From assembly GCA_041391405.1 (NCBI GenBank), contig JAWKOB010000005.1, positions 6,297 through 70,296 of the forward strand: DNA of 64,000 nt, read 5' to 3'. Both the position numbers and the translations under genes were made by a program. The notes beneath the pieces were generated by a model. It was given only the letters and a program-made list of their open reading frames with translations, did not search any database and had not been told where the DNA came from. Positions 31,523 to 41,469 of the stretch are shown here, one piece after another. Position 1 is the stretch's first letter. Each line of letters opens with the position of its first letter. This stretch comes from Bdellovibrionota bacterium (GTDB lineage Bacteria > Bdellovibrionota_G > JALEGL01 > JAGRMV01).

Positions 31523-32385
31523 CGGGATGGCTTCCAGAAGATCATTTGCCAGAGCATGGTGAGTTTGTCGAACATTCCAAGCTTTGGACGACGATTGAAC
31601 ACATCATAATCCACGGCTTCGATCTTCTTTAGAATGGTTGTTCCTCCGGCATAGACCAAGCGTAGCTCTTTGCGCAGGGATGGCTCCACCAAATCACAGA
31701 GCGCTCGCCCCTTTTCAAACAATTCCCAGGTTTTTTTCACCTCATGCGCCAGAAGGTTTCGGAAAGTTTCATTGTAGGTGTGAGCAAACAGTTCCTTTTC
31801 GGAGTATCCAAATTTGGCCATATCTTCGAGTGGCAGATAGACACGATCCTTTTTCAAGTCGATGGCTACGTCTTGCCAGAAGTTCGCCAGCTGAAGTGCT
31901 GTACAAATGAAATCCGAAAGTTCGAACAAATGCTCATCCCGAACGCCGTGCAACCAAAGCACCAAGCGCCCCACTGGATTGGCCGAACGTTTGGAGTAAT
32001 CCAGAATCGACGCAAAATCCTTGTGCCGGTTTTGAACGACATCTTGCTCAAAGGCCTGAATCAATTGGTCCAGCCAAGGAATCGGCAATTTGTGAATTTC
32101 AATGGAATGCGCAAGCGCTTGGAAGACTGGATCACTGGCTTTCCCGATTGCTGAGTCATTGAGCTTGGATCGAAAGGCCGAAAGTAGTTCCAAACGCTGA
32201 CCTTCGAACTGCGGTTCATCCGCAAAGTCATCGGCCGTGCGAGAGAACAAGTAAACGGCGTGCATATGAGGCCGGATTTCCTTTTTGATCCATCTTGAGC
32301 CCACTGGAAAGTTTTCATAGTGGGTCATCGCGGCTTCAGAACAGGCTTCGAAGGCACTTTTGAGATTCTTGACAGGCTCATTCAT
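31519..32385 (-). CDS. hpnC: Hydroxysqualene synthase HpnC
   Basis: ENFPVGS, YLFSRTADDFADE and NFWQDVAIDLKKDRVYLP. It is the first gene of the hpnCDE order. Confidence 0.85.
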   Translation of the reverse strand: MNEPVKNLKSAFEACSEAAMTHYENFPVGSRWIKKEIRPHMHAVYLFSRTADDFADEPQFEGQRLELLSAFRSKLNDSAIGKASDPVFQALAHSIEIHKLPIPWLDQLIQAFEQDVVQNRHKDFASILDYSKRSANPVGRLVLWLHGVRDEHLFELSDFICTALQLANFWQDVAIDLKKDRVYLPLEDMAKFGYSEKELFAHTYNETFRNLLAHEVKKTWELFEKGRALCDLVEPSLRKELRLVYAGGTTILKKIEAVDYDVFNRRPKLGMFDKLTMLWQMIFWKPSR

Positions 32386-32557
32386 GATGGTTAAAAGACA
32401 TACCAGAGCTTGAAGGGGAAAACCAAGTAAACAGATTACATTCGTAAATAACTGATATTATTGTCTAAAATCCATTTTCATCCAACAAAAGAAGCATTGA
32501 GTCAAAAACCAAAATCTGATATGTTGCGAGCAAATTCAATAGAATTTAGGTCCTGCA

Positions 32558-32627
32558 GAAAATCTTCCCGCAGTCGAGGCGGTAGCCGGTTGGCCAGTGT
32601 TCAACCACCTTTGACAAGGAAGTTTTC
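32558..32627 (+). promoter_or_regulatory. Copy A of a conserved hairpin element (20-mer GTCGAGGCGGTAGCCGGTTG inside a 10-bp closing stem) in the 5' region of the lipoprotein gene
   Basis: GAAAA(t)CTTCC at 32558-32568 pairs with GGAAGTTTTC at 32618-32627. The 20-mer at 32573-32592 is identical to 47911-47930. Confidence 0.45.
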
Positions 32628-32659
32628 GAAAGGCCCTTTAAAGGAGTATCTGTCGTCGT

Positions 32660-33310
32660 ATGAATTTTGCAAAAAAGCTCGCGTGGGGGGTCATCATGAT
32701 GCAAGTCATGGGTAGTTCCTGCGCAAAAATTGATGATTTCGGAACAGCCTACCAATTGGAAGGTTTTACGGGTGTGGTTAAAGTCACACCGGGCATTCAA
32801 GGTGTAACAGCCAAAACTTATGCACCAGGAATCGTGTTTTTTAATAGCAACAAAAGCGGTACCGAGGTCGTTTTATCTCTTAGCCCAGATAACTTCTCGA
32901 TCTACTCCATTCTCCCGGAAGGTGACAATCAGGATCAATTCCGCAATGAAATGAAGAAAAAAGGTGTCAGCCGCCTGGATAAGCTTGATTTCTCAGGCTT
33001 TCGCGCAAAGGTTGATCCAAATGATTCCAAAAAAGTAAAATTTTATGACTTTGGTGACCAAAGTGAAGGCATGAAAAAGTTCAAATGGAAAGTCGAAGGC
33101 ACCGGTTTGATCGCTGGTCCGGATACTCACATTCAGTTGAAAATCTCAACCACAGTTGGGACTCTAAAAGAACTACTTCCGCGCCAAGTTTTGGAGGAAC
33201 TCGCTGCTCCAGAGGCAAACGAGTCCATGTATGAATCGGAAGACCTTGACGCAGTGGTCTATTTGGCTCGCATCGACATCCTCGGAGAATCCCTAACATT
33301 TGGATATTAA
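32660..33310 (+). CDS. Hypothetical lipoprotein
   Basis: Lipobox-like MMQVMGSSC near the N-terminus. 216 aa. I recognise no family. Confidence 0.55.
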   Translation: MNFAKKLAWGVIMMQVMGSSCAKIDDFGTAYQLEGFTGVVKVTPGIQGVTAKTYAPGIVFFNSNKSGTEVVLSLSPDNFSIYSILPEGDNQDQFRNEMKKKGVSRLDKLDFSGFRAKVDPNDSKKVKFYDFGDQSEGMKKFKWKVEGTGLIAGPDTHIQLKISTTVGTLKELLPRQVLEELAAPEANESMYESEDLDAVVYLARIDILGESLTFGY

Positions 33311-33319
33311 GAAGAATTT

Positions 33320-35858
33320 ATGTACAATCGCTCTAGGGGAAATATGAATCGTCAAATTCGAAAGCTGTCGCTCGCTGCACTGTCCGTCAGCCTTTGTGCT
33401 TGTTCAATGTTGGGTGAACGCAAGGACTCTACTCGCTTGGACATTGATCAAGACTCGCTTCCTCAGATCAAAGTTCTTTCAAAATCAACTTCCGGCTCTG
33501 ACAGCGTTTTGACTGCAGATAACTCCGGCAAAGATCCATTTAAGGTGGTTAACCTTACCACCAAGTACCTTCACCCATCATTAGATGCTTCCAAAGTTGT
33601 CCGAGACAAAAAGATCGGTCTCTTGCATGTCATGCAGGAAGAAGTCGATGGTGAGAAAAAATCTCTGCCCCCTGAGATAGACACCGCATCCCTGTTCTTT
33701 GGCTTGGGAGGTAAAATCACCGGTGACCTCGATATCATCGAAAATCCGGATGATGATTTGAAAGAATTGATCAAATTCGATGAGACAGCAGCTCAAACCA
33801 AACGCGAAGAAATGATTCAAAAAAACCCTTCATGTGAAGGCCACATCACCGATTTATTTGCACAAGGACAAGTGCAGTTTGATCTTAGCCAAACTCAAAT
33901 CTCCGACCTTGCCGCAAACACCATCAATGAGGGCAAATCCCTTAGTGCTGATGTGGAAAACGAAATCAAAGAGGAGCTTGCGAAAAGAGATCCATCCAAA
34001 GCGGATGATCCAATCGATGTCACTGAAAAAATATTCGGCAATCTTTCATCTGAAACTCAGAAAAACATTCGAGCTCTTTTCAAGCCAGATGTCGGATTGT
34101 TTTTCCTGGTGGAAACGAAACACTTTTCAATTTGTATTCCTGAATCCCGAAAAGATCTTCAAGCGTACTTACTTGATAAAAATGGACTTCAATCCATTCT
34201 CCCTGAAAACGTCAAAATCGAGGAATCTGCCGATGGTCTGATCGTCACCATCCGAACCATCCGCCAAAACGTCACCAAATCTGATCTAGATCAGATCAAG
34301 TTGGCCATGAAAGGCCAGGAAGATGAATCGATTCCATTCGGCCAACTTAAATTCGGAGACAAAGAAGTTCCCGTTTTCAGCAGCACACATAACGAAGTGA
34401 CTGAATATACTTTTCATGTGAATCTGCCTAAAAAAGAATCTGCTGAACAAGCATCCGACAACCCTGATGAACCTGAAAAAAAAGACGAGACAACACCACC
34501 CTCTGATTCTCAAACGGGACAAGTCTCTGAAGTTACCACCGCGGTTGAACCGTCTAACAAAGAACCTGTAACCGTGGAACACCCGAGCAAACACACTCTG
34601 CCGATCGATCAAAAAACCAAAGTTCAAGACGACATTTTGACACCAGTGATGCCAGCTCGTTCTGACAGCACTTTTACCAAAAGACTTCGACGGTTACACG
34701 CCGCGATTCGATTCCATCCACTCCAACGACCCTGAAAGGCGACAGCGCCAGGTCAGACACCTCAAAAACACGAACATCAGTTACCACTTCCGTAAAACTG
34801 GATGCACCCGTCGTTTCAAAATACAAACTCTCAAGTACGCCGATTTGGTATAGCCCACTTCACAATGGCTATGAACAGAACTTTTACGTGCAAGACGGTA
34901 AAAAATGGAAGTATGACCCTCAAGGTGGAAACTCCAATTTTTGGGATGATACCAAATTTAAGAAAGACGGTTTAACCGATGAAGAAGTCGAACAAAAATG
35001 CGCCGGATACGAATACATCCGAAACATGGTTTTCAACGTTGAGTTGCTTACTCCGGCTGAATTCAACAAATCAGACTACATCCAAACCCCAAACTTCACC
35101 AAAAGCTACCAAGATGTATTGTTTGACCAATTAAGACCAGAAATCGGCTATGACCAAATCACTGAACAAATGGTTCAAGCTTCCACTCATACACCAGCAG
35201 GTGCTCGTACCCAAGATTCAGAAGTCAAAGTATGCTTGGACTCAAAAAACCATTTCTCGCATTCTGGTCTACCAAAGAAACACGTTCTACCAACTTTAAA
35301 TATGAAGGATCGACCGTTGTATTCACGGGCAATGATTCCAAACATTGGTATCCACATTCGAATCAAGACCATTTCGTCAATAAGGGCAAACCTAGGGGAT
35401 TCAATCCTCAACGCATTCAAAATCCGCTCTCAAATATCACCATCATTCAAAATCCTATCACCAAAGAATATGCTGTATTGATGCAACTTGGATTCAAACG
35501 TAGCATCCCTGCCCGATTACTGATGGCATATATCAATCGCGATATGGTGACTGGATATTTGATCAGAGGCAGAGATTTTGTGCTGAACGAAATTGAAAAA
35601 GGATTCGCGGCAGGACCGGGACGGACCGGAAACGCTTATCTATGGCGGATTTACATTCGATCCGAATCAAAAGGTGAGCAATACGTGAATCTGCAATCAC
35701 CTAATCAGTTATCTTCGGCTGGCTATATAAGCCCCACCGATAACTACATTCCTTGGTCCATTGGTCACATTACATTCCCGGGTGAAAGCAACGTTTTGAA
35801 TCTTCCTATTCAACTCAACAAAAATATTCAAGCAAACAACGTTCTCGCCAAAAAGTAA
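33320..35858 (+). pseudogene. Large hypothetical lipoprotein (about 840 aa if joined), 2-3 frame breaks
   Basis: Signal/lipobox LSLAALSVSLCAC. ORF pieces 33320-34735, 34888-35481 and 35232-35858 read through in adjacent frames with no intergenic signals. Confidence 0.5.
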
Positions 35859-35867
35859 TTCAATCTG

Positions 35868-37259
35868 TTAAAAATTGCCGTTGTTGTTGACGATGATGGA
35901 AGATCCGTCGGTGCCACCGAGTTGGGAGATTCCCAAATACGCGCCTACAGCCAAAGCACCAACACCTGCCCAGAACCACCACTGCTTGTAGATCTTTTCT
36001 TTGGGTGCGACGTTTTCTTGCATGGCTTGAGGCTGCCCCTCACCAACGCGAGAAGGATCCATACCCATCAAATTGGTGGCTTGCGCGGATGAGGACAAAT
36101 AGCCATCATATCGAATCATCGAGGCGAGTGCCTCGGCCATTTCATAAGCTGCAGGTTCAAATTCTTCCAATGGGCCGACATGTACGATCGCAACTTGCGA
36201 AAATTCATGCGTACGGGAGTCATATAGTTGCCCCAAAAGTCTCCAGTCATTGGCCGGCTTTTCCAGATTTGCGAGCAACACCATTTCACCACCAACTGCA
36301 GCAGCCATGCCATCGATTTCTTCCATATTGGCGGTTTGCTGATCCATACCTTCTTGAATCTGGAACATACCGTTCCAGTCTGCGTTTTCGGTCGCTGTTT
36401 CCATGTTGGCTGTCAGATGTTCGACCGTATTTTCAAACTTGGAAAGCTTGGACCAAGATTTCATTCCTTTGCGTTCCACCAAAACATAATACTGTCCCGG
36501 AATCAGGTTCACTTTCACAGGCGTTGGGCCGATCAGCTTGCCGTTGATGAAAACCTTGGCCTGAGGGACATTCGCATCGACTTTCACTGTGATGCGGTTG
36601 CCGGAAACCAACTTGCGTTTGGCCTTCTCATACATTTCAATCACTTTGGGGGAATAACTTCGTGGCGCAAGTTCACGTTGTGGATCTAGCATCACCACTT
36701 TTTCAAATTCAGCCGTGGCCAAAGTTTCATTTTTTTTGGTTTCATCCGCCGACTTGTTTTTTTTACCTAGCGCGATGTAGGTCATCCCCAGATACAGGTG
36801 CGCTTCCAGAAGATCTCGATTGGCGCGAAGATGGGAAAGGTTCAGGATGAATTCTTTGCGGGAATCAGTCAGATCCGTTAAAGCTTTTTCGAAATCGAGT
36901 TCCTGATAAGCCTTTTTACCACTGGCCAGTGCTGCCCGTGCACGTACCAGATAACTGTCATGCACGTTTTGCTCATTGAATTTGAATTTCTTTTTCCACT
37001 CCGCAACTTGCCCATAATCGACCATTCGAAGTTGCGGTTGCTGGGCGAATCCACGATACAAATGAGCACGATAGGTCGGCAAATTCACAAGTTCATCATC
37101 GGGAACAAGTACACCATCGACAACCATGTGCGGTTTGTAAGGTTGCGGCGGTTTGGCAGCCTGGGAACTGGTGGCAGGTTTTCCAGCCTGAACCTGTGCA
37201 AAGACAGATGCCGGAAAAATCATTTGTAGCGTCAGTAGTAGAGTAAGAATTTTTTTCAT
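35868..37259 (-). CDS. TPR/PEGA-domain protein with C-terminal membrane anchor (paralog 1)
   Basis: Signal peptide, TPR-like LEAHLYLGMTYIALGK, PEGA block ITVKVDANVPQAKVFINGKLIGPTPVKVNLIPGQYYVLVERKG, and C-terminal WWFWAGVGALAVGAYLGI. Confidence 0.8.
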   Translation of the reverse strand: MKKILTLLLTLQMIFPASVFAQVQAGKPATSSQAAKPPQPYKPHMVVDGVLVPDDELVNLPTYRAHLYRGFAQQPQLRMVDYGQVAEWKKKFKFNEQNVHDSYLVRARAALASGKKAYQELDFEKALTDLTDSRKEFILNLSHLRANRDLLEAHLYLGMTYIALGKKNKSADETKKNETLATAEFEKVVMLDPQRELAPRSYSPKVIEMYEKAKRKLVSGNRITVKVDANVPQAKVFINGKLIGPTPVKVNLIPGQYYVLVERKGMKSWSKLSKFENTVEHLTANMETATENADWNGMFQIQEGMDQQTANMEEIDGMAAAVGGEMVLLANLEKPANDWRLLGQLYDSRTHEFSQVAIVHVGPLEEFEPAAYEMAEALASMIRYDGYLSSSAQATNLMGMDPSRVGEGQPQAMQENVAPKEKIYKQWWFWAGVGALAVGAYLGISQLGGTDGSSIIVNNNGNF

Positions 37260-38625
37260 TACGGGATCACGGCCCTCACCGTGCTTTTGTTGGAATCAAA
37301 TTTAAGCACTCCACCAAAATACAATCCCAAACCAGCGGCAAGTGCTCCACCGGCAATCGCACCCCAAACCCAAGGCTTTTCATACCACTCACGATTGTCT
37401 GGAGAAACAACGGCTTGTTGTGGCTGCTCGTTGAATGCGATACCCGGAGTGTTCTCCACATTCGGTCTGGAAAGTTTGGATCGCGGTTTCAAATCCACAC
37501 CAACGCCCGAATCGTCTTCCATGGTTGGATCGATTATGTCAGGTTGTGCCATCGGGGCCGAGGTCGGTGTGTGCTCTGACGGAACGACATAACCATCCGG
37601 TCCCAACGATTTCAGAAGTTCAGCGACCAGCGCTTGCGGATTGCTTTGGGTCACTTCGCGCGAAATTTCCTGGCTACGTTGATCGTACAATTGTCCTTTG
37701 ACCTTACCCGAGAGCGGCGTAAGGAAGACAAACAAGTCGGCTCCCAAAGCCAATCCCATCTCATCCAAATAGGTCGCGCGCGGTTGATCGAGTTCTTTTT
37801 CTCACCCAAGGTTTGGAAATACATGTCGGTGTCATTGGTTGCGATCTGCGAAAAGGTGTGTTCGATTTCGTTGTTCCCTGCAACAATGAACTTCTCCATG
37901 AATTCTTCCTGATCGTTCAACACCAAACGGAAGTAGTGTCGTCCTGGAGGAAGGTCCCGAAGATCGAGTGGCGTTTTGCCGACGGAAGCGCCATCCATAA
38001 ATACGCTGGCTTGAGCCGGAGTTGTCGTGATTTGAATTTTACCTGGATCGGCAGCTTTTACTTCCTTCAATACTTTTTGATAGAGCGCGCGAATTTGAGG
38101 AGAATAATATTTTTCAGACAACGTTGTATCGGAACGCGATGGATCGATCAGGATCACTTCTTGAAGCTCGAGTTTGGCCTGAGTATCCTTCTTGTCAGCT
38201 TGGTACGCCATGGCTAGGTAAAATTTCGTAGTCCTCAACCCTTCAAACGTTGACTGGTCCCACAAAGCATCTTGATAAAGCATCTTGGACTTTTCCAAAG
38301 CTTCGATCGCTTCCTTGATATTGAGATTTTCGTAGGCTTTTTTTCCTTTTTCAAAGGCAGCGACGGCATCCTTGGTGGATTTTTTGGTTTTTTTGGTCGC
38401 CTTGGATTTGGTGTATTCCAGAACTTTTTCGAAATCCACGACAAACACTTGTCCGGATTTTTTGAATTCACTTCCGATCGCGTCCATGGCCGCTTTTGTA
38501 TTTTTTCCTCTGAGAGGAGAAACGATCAAAGATGGTTTATTTTGCGCAATCGCCGAGGACTGAAATAGAAAAACCGAAGCCAGTGCAATTGAGAAAATCT
38601 TTTTGGTTCTATTTTTCACACGCAT
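37259..38625 (-). pseudogene. TPR/PEGA-domain protein with C-terminal anchor (paralog 2), one homopolymer frame break
   Basis: KIQITTTPAQASVFMDGASVGKTPLDLRDLPPGRHYFRLV, with C-terminal WVWGAIAGGALAAGLGLYFGG. The break is at the T5 run 37796-37800. The stop overlaps the paralog 1 start (TAATG). Confidence 0.75.
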
Positions 38626-38646
38626 GCCCCGTATTACTTCCTTATT

Positions 38647-40064
38647 TTACAGTGGATTTGGGATGGTGACGATGTTGGAATCGGCGCTTCGATCTTGCAT
38701 CAGATAATACGCCGCCCCTCCACCGACCACTGCCACACCCACAATGCCCCAAAACCACCACGTTTTGTAAAATGGTGACGAATCATTGTTGCTCATGGAA
38801 GATTTCTTGGATGGTTTATCGTTGAAATCAGCGACATTGATTTCATTTTGCGAACCCATTGTTTCGCGCGGTTTGATTTTTTCCTCTTTGACTTCTTTGA
38901 TCAAAGATTTTTCGGTTTTTTTATTCTTTGCCACAGGAGCTACTGCTGGTTTTTCAAAATCAGGTTTGTCGACATTGTCGTAACCTTCTCGAATCTCTGA
39001 AATCAATTTTTGAAACTTCGGTTTTTTGTTCGGCACGGTTTCTTCAAAAATGTTTGAAAAACTGGAACTGCGAGCATCAAACAGCTGAGCTTGCGCGGTT
39101 ACATTGCTGGTATCCTTCAACAGGGTTTGACCCAGAATCAAGATATCCACACCCAATTTTTCTGCGATGACTTTGAGTTCGGCTTTTGCGGAGTCTGTCT
39201 GCATGTCTGCTCCATAAACTTGAAATACATTTTTTTCCTTGAGCGCCGTGGTGAAGGTCTGTGTACCTGCATTCACTTGGATGGGGGCACCGTAATACTG
39301 GTAGCCTTGCAGATCCAGCGCCAGAAAATGCTGGCCGGCAGGAATGTCCTTGATTTGAAACGGTGTGCGCCCCACTTCGGAACCATCGAACATGATCTTT
39401 GCTCCCGTAGGGGTGCTGTCCACACTCAATGTGGAAGAAGGACGAGCCAAAACTTCTTTGGTGATCTGTTTATGAAGTTCGACAATTTTAGGTGGGAAAT
39501 CGCGCAGCGGCAAAACGCGCGTTTTTCGTTGCGCGTCCAACATCACCATTTCCTGGATGAATTTTTTACCTTCTGGAACACGACCCAGGAAGTGCAGAAT
39601 GATGCCCAAATACAGGTGTGAAAACAAAAGATAATGATTGTCCCGAAGGATGGAAATCCCTTCGCGATACCCACGAACAGCGATGTTGAATTCCTTGAGG
39701 GCGTTGGTCAGGTCCAGTTTTCGATAGAATTGCAAACCCGTGTTGAAATGCTCATAAGCGTTGGCGGTCACAGCCGAAGACTTCGGATCCACCGTGGCGG
39801 AGGTGTATTCCTGAAGTTTGGTGGCCACCGTCGCATCGTCTTCGATCTGCATGTTTTTATTGGATGAAAGCTGCTCGGTTAAGGCTTTTCGAACCTTCTC
39901 CTCCTGGGAGCTTTTTCCGGATCGAAACCCTGTAATGGCACTTGGTGGCAATGGGGCAGCCAAAGCCTGGAGAGATGCATGGATTGGGTTATAAGAACGG
40001 CTACAATTGTTTTGGCGGTAAAACGATGCAATTTGGAGCTGAAACGGGAGCTCGAATAAACCAT
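38647..40064 (-). pseudogene. TPR/PEGA-domain protein with C-terminal anchor (paralog 3), N-terminal frame break
   Basis: TLSVDSTPTGAKIMFDGSEVGRTPFQIKDIPAGQHFLALDLQGY, with C-terminal WWFWGIVGVAVVGGGAAYYL. The signal-peptide piece lies in ORF 39879-40064. Confidence 0.75.
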
Positions 40065-40172
40065 ATTATTTTTCCAATCGTAGATCTTAAATGTACAATG
40101 GTTTGAAGAATCTCAACTACTTACCCATTTATAGATTAACATAAAAAGGGTAAAATAGAGATATAAAAACAG

Positions 40173-41125
40173 ATGAGCCAACTCCTCAACATATTGTTTT
40201 CTTCGGTTTTTCTGAAGATCATTTTATTCGCCATGTCATTTGTGGCGGTAATCATGCTGGTCTATTATTTGTTTCCTGACGAAGACCAATTGGCTGCTCA
40301 AAAACGCCTTGGCATGGAAGAAGACCGTATTCGTCCCAAAAACATTGCCCTTCTACGTTGGTTTTATCCGATCTACACCAACATCAATGCCTTGATTCCT
40401 CAGTACGCTCCCGAAAAAACCCTCAAGTGGATCGAGAATAAAAAGCCTTATTATCAACAGCGTTTGATTGTGGCCAACGTGCGTGGTGAAATCGGACCCG
40501 AAGAATTTGTGGCGTTTAAGGTTTGTATGGCGATTGTTGTGCCGATTTTGTTCTTTTATTTCGGTGGAGCACTCGGATATTCGATTTCACCTTTCTATAT
40601 TCCACTGATCATGGTTTTGGGATTTTTCTCGGCGGACATTTGGCTCAGGAAAAAGCCATTCTTCGCCAGAAGGCCATTTTGAAATCTCTACCGTACACTT
40701 TGGACCTTCTCACACTGTCCGTGGAAGCGGGTATGGATTTTATCGCAGCCATTCAACGTCTCACTCAACGCACCACCAACAACCCAATGGCGGAAGAATT
40801 CGGTCACATGCTCAAGGAAATTCGCTTGGGTACTGCGCGTTCCGATGCGCTTCGCAACCTGAGCAATCGCCTGGAAATCGAAGAAGTCTCTTCATTCACA
40901 ACGCTTTTGATTCAAGCCGATCAACTTGGCGCCTCAATTGGGGATGTGTTGCGCGCTCAATCCGATCAGCTTCGCACCAAGCGTTTTCAAAATGCGGAAG
41001 CTGCTGGCGCCAGAGCTTCTCAACTGATTTTGTTTCCGTTGATTTTTTGCATTTTCCCGGCCGTATTCATCGTGATTCTGGGACCGACATTGCTCAACAT
41101 GCTCACGCAAGGAATCTTCAGATAA
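40173..41125 (+). pseudogene. tadC: Tad/Flp pilus platform protein TadC (T2SS-F family), one frame break near 40620-40630
   Basis: LPYTLDLLTLSVEAGMDFIAAIQRL and GASIGDVLRAQSDQLRTKRFQNAEAAGARASQLILFPLIFCIFPAVFIVILGP. The pieces are 40173-40682 and 40523-41125. Confidence 0.85.
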
Positions 41126-41469
41126 TGCAAGCGTACAATCAAACTCGTCAAACCACCATCGCTCACCACGTTGAAAAAGCCCACACGATGTTTTCACGCA
41201 TGCGTGGATTGCTCGGCAAAAAAACCATGCCTGAAGGTTTTGGAATGTGGATTTCCCCCTGTTCCTCGATCCATACCTTCTTCATGAAGTTTCCGATCGA
41301 CGTTGCATTTCTATCCTCAGACCAACATGTGGTGAAAGTTCTACACTCTTTCAAGCCTTTCCGTTTATCATCATGGGAGCACTCTTCCTTAAGCGTACTC
41401 GAATTGGCGAGCGGAACGCTTCAGCAAAGTGGTACCCAAGTGGGTGACCGGGTGGTGTTCATCGCATGA
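41125..41469 (+). CDS. DUF192-family protein
   Basis: RMRGLLGKK...GMWISPCSSIHTFFMKFPIDVAFL...VLELASGTL...VGDRVVF. The ATG shares a base with the tadC stop. Confidence 0.75.
   Translation: MQAYNQTRQTTIAHHVEKAHTMFSRMRGLLGKKTMPEGFGMWISPCSSIHTFFMKFPIDVAFLSSDQHVVKVLHSFKPFRLSSWEHSSLSVLELASGTLQQSGTQVGDRVVFIA

Noticed and set aside
32588-32606. TTGGCC-N5-TTCAAC in element copy A as a sigma-54 promoter.
   Set aside because: It does not match the TGGCAC-N5-TTGC consensus, and the corresponding positions are not conserved in copy B.
32558-32627. The repeated hairpin element as a c-di-GMP-I (GEMM-I) riboswitch, since GGTAGC and GGTTAC strings resemble part of that aptamer.
   Set aside because: The hallmark GCAAA and ACGCAAAGC segments and the two-hairpin tetraloop/receptor layout are absent. 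The internal pairing is also not conserved between the two copies.
32635-32644. CCTTTAAAGG next to the lipoprotein SD as an SD-sequestering RNA hairpin.
   Set aside because: The complementary halves are directly adjacent with a zero- or one-nt loop, so no RNA hairpin can form. It is only a DNA palindrome.
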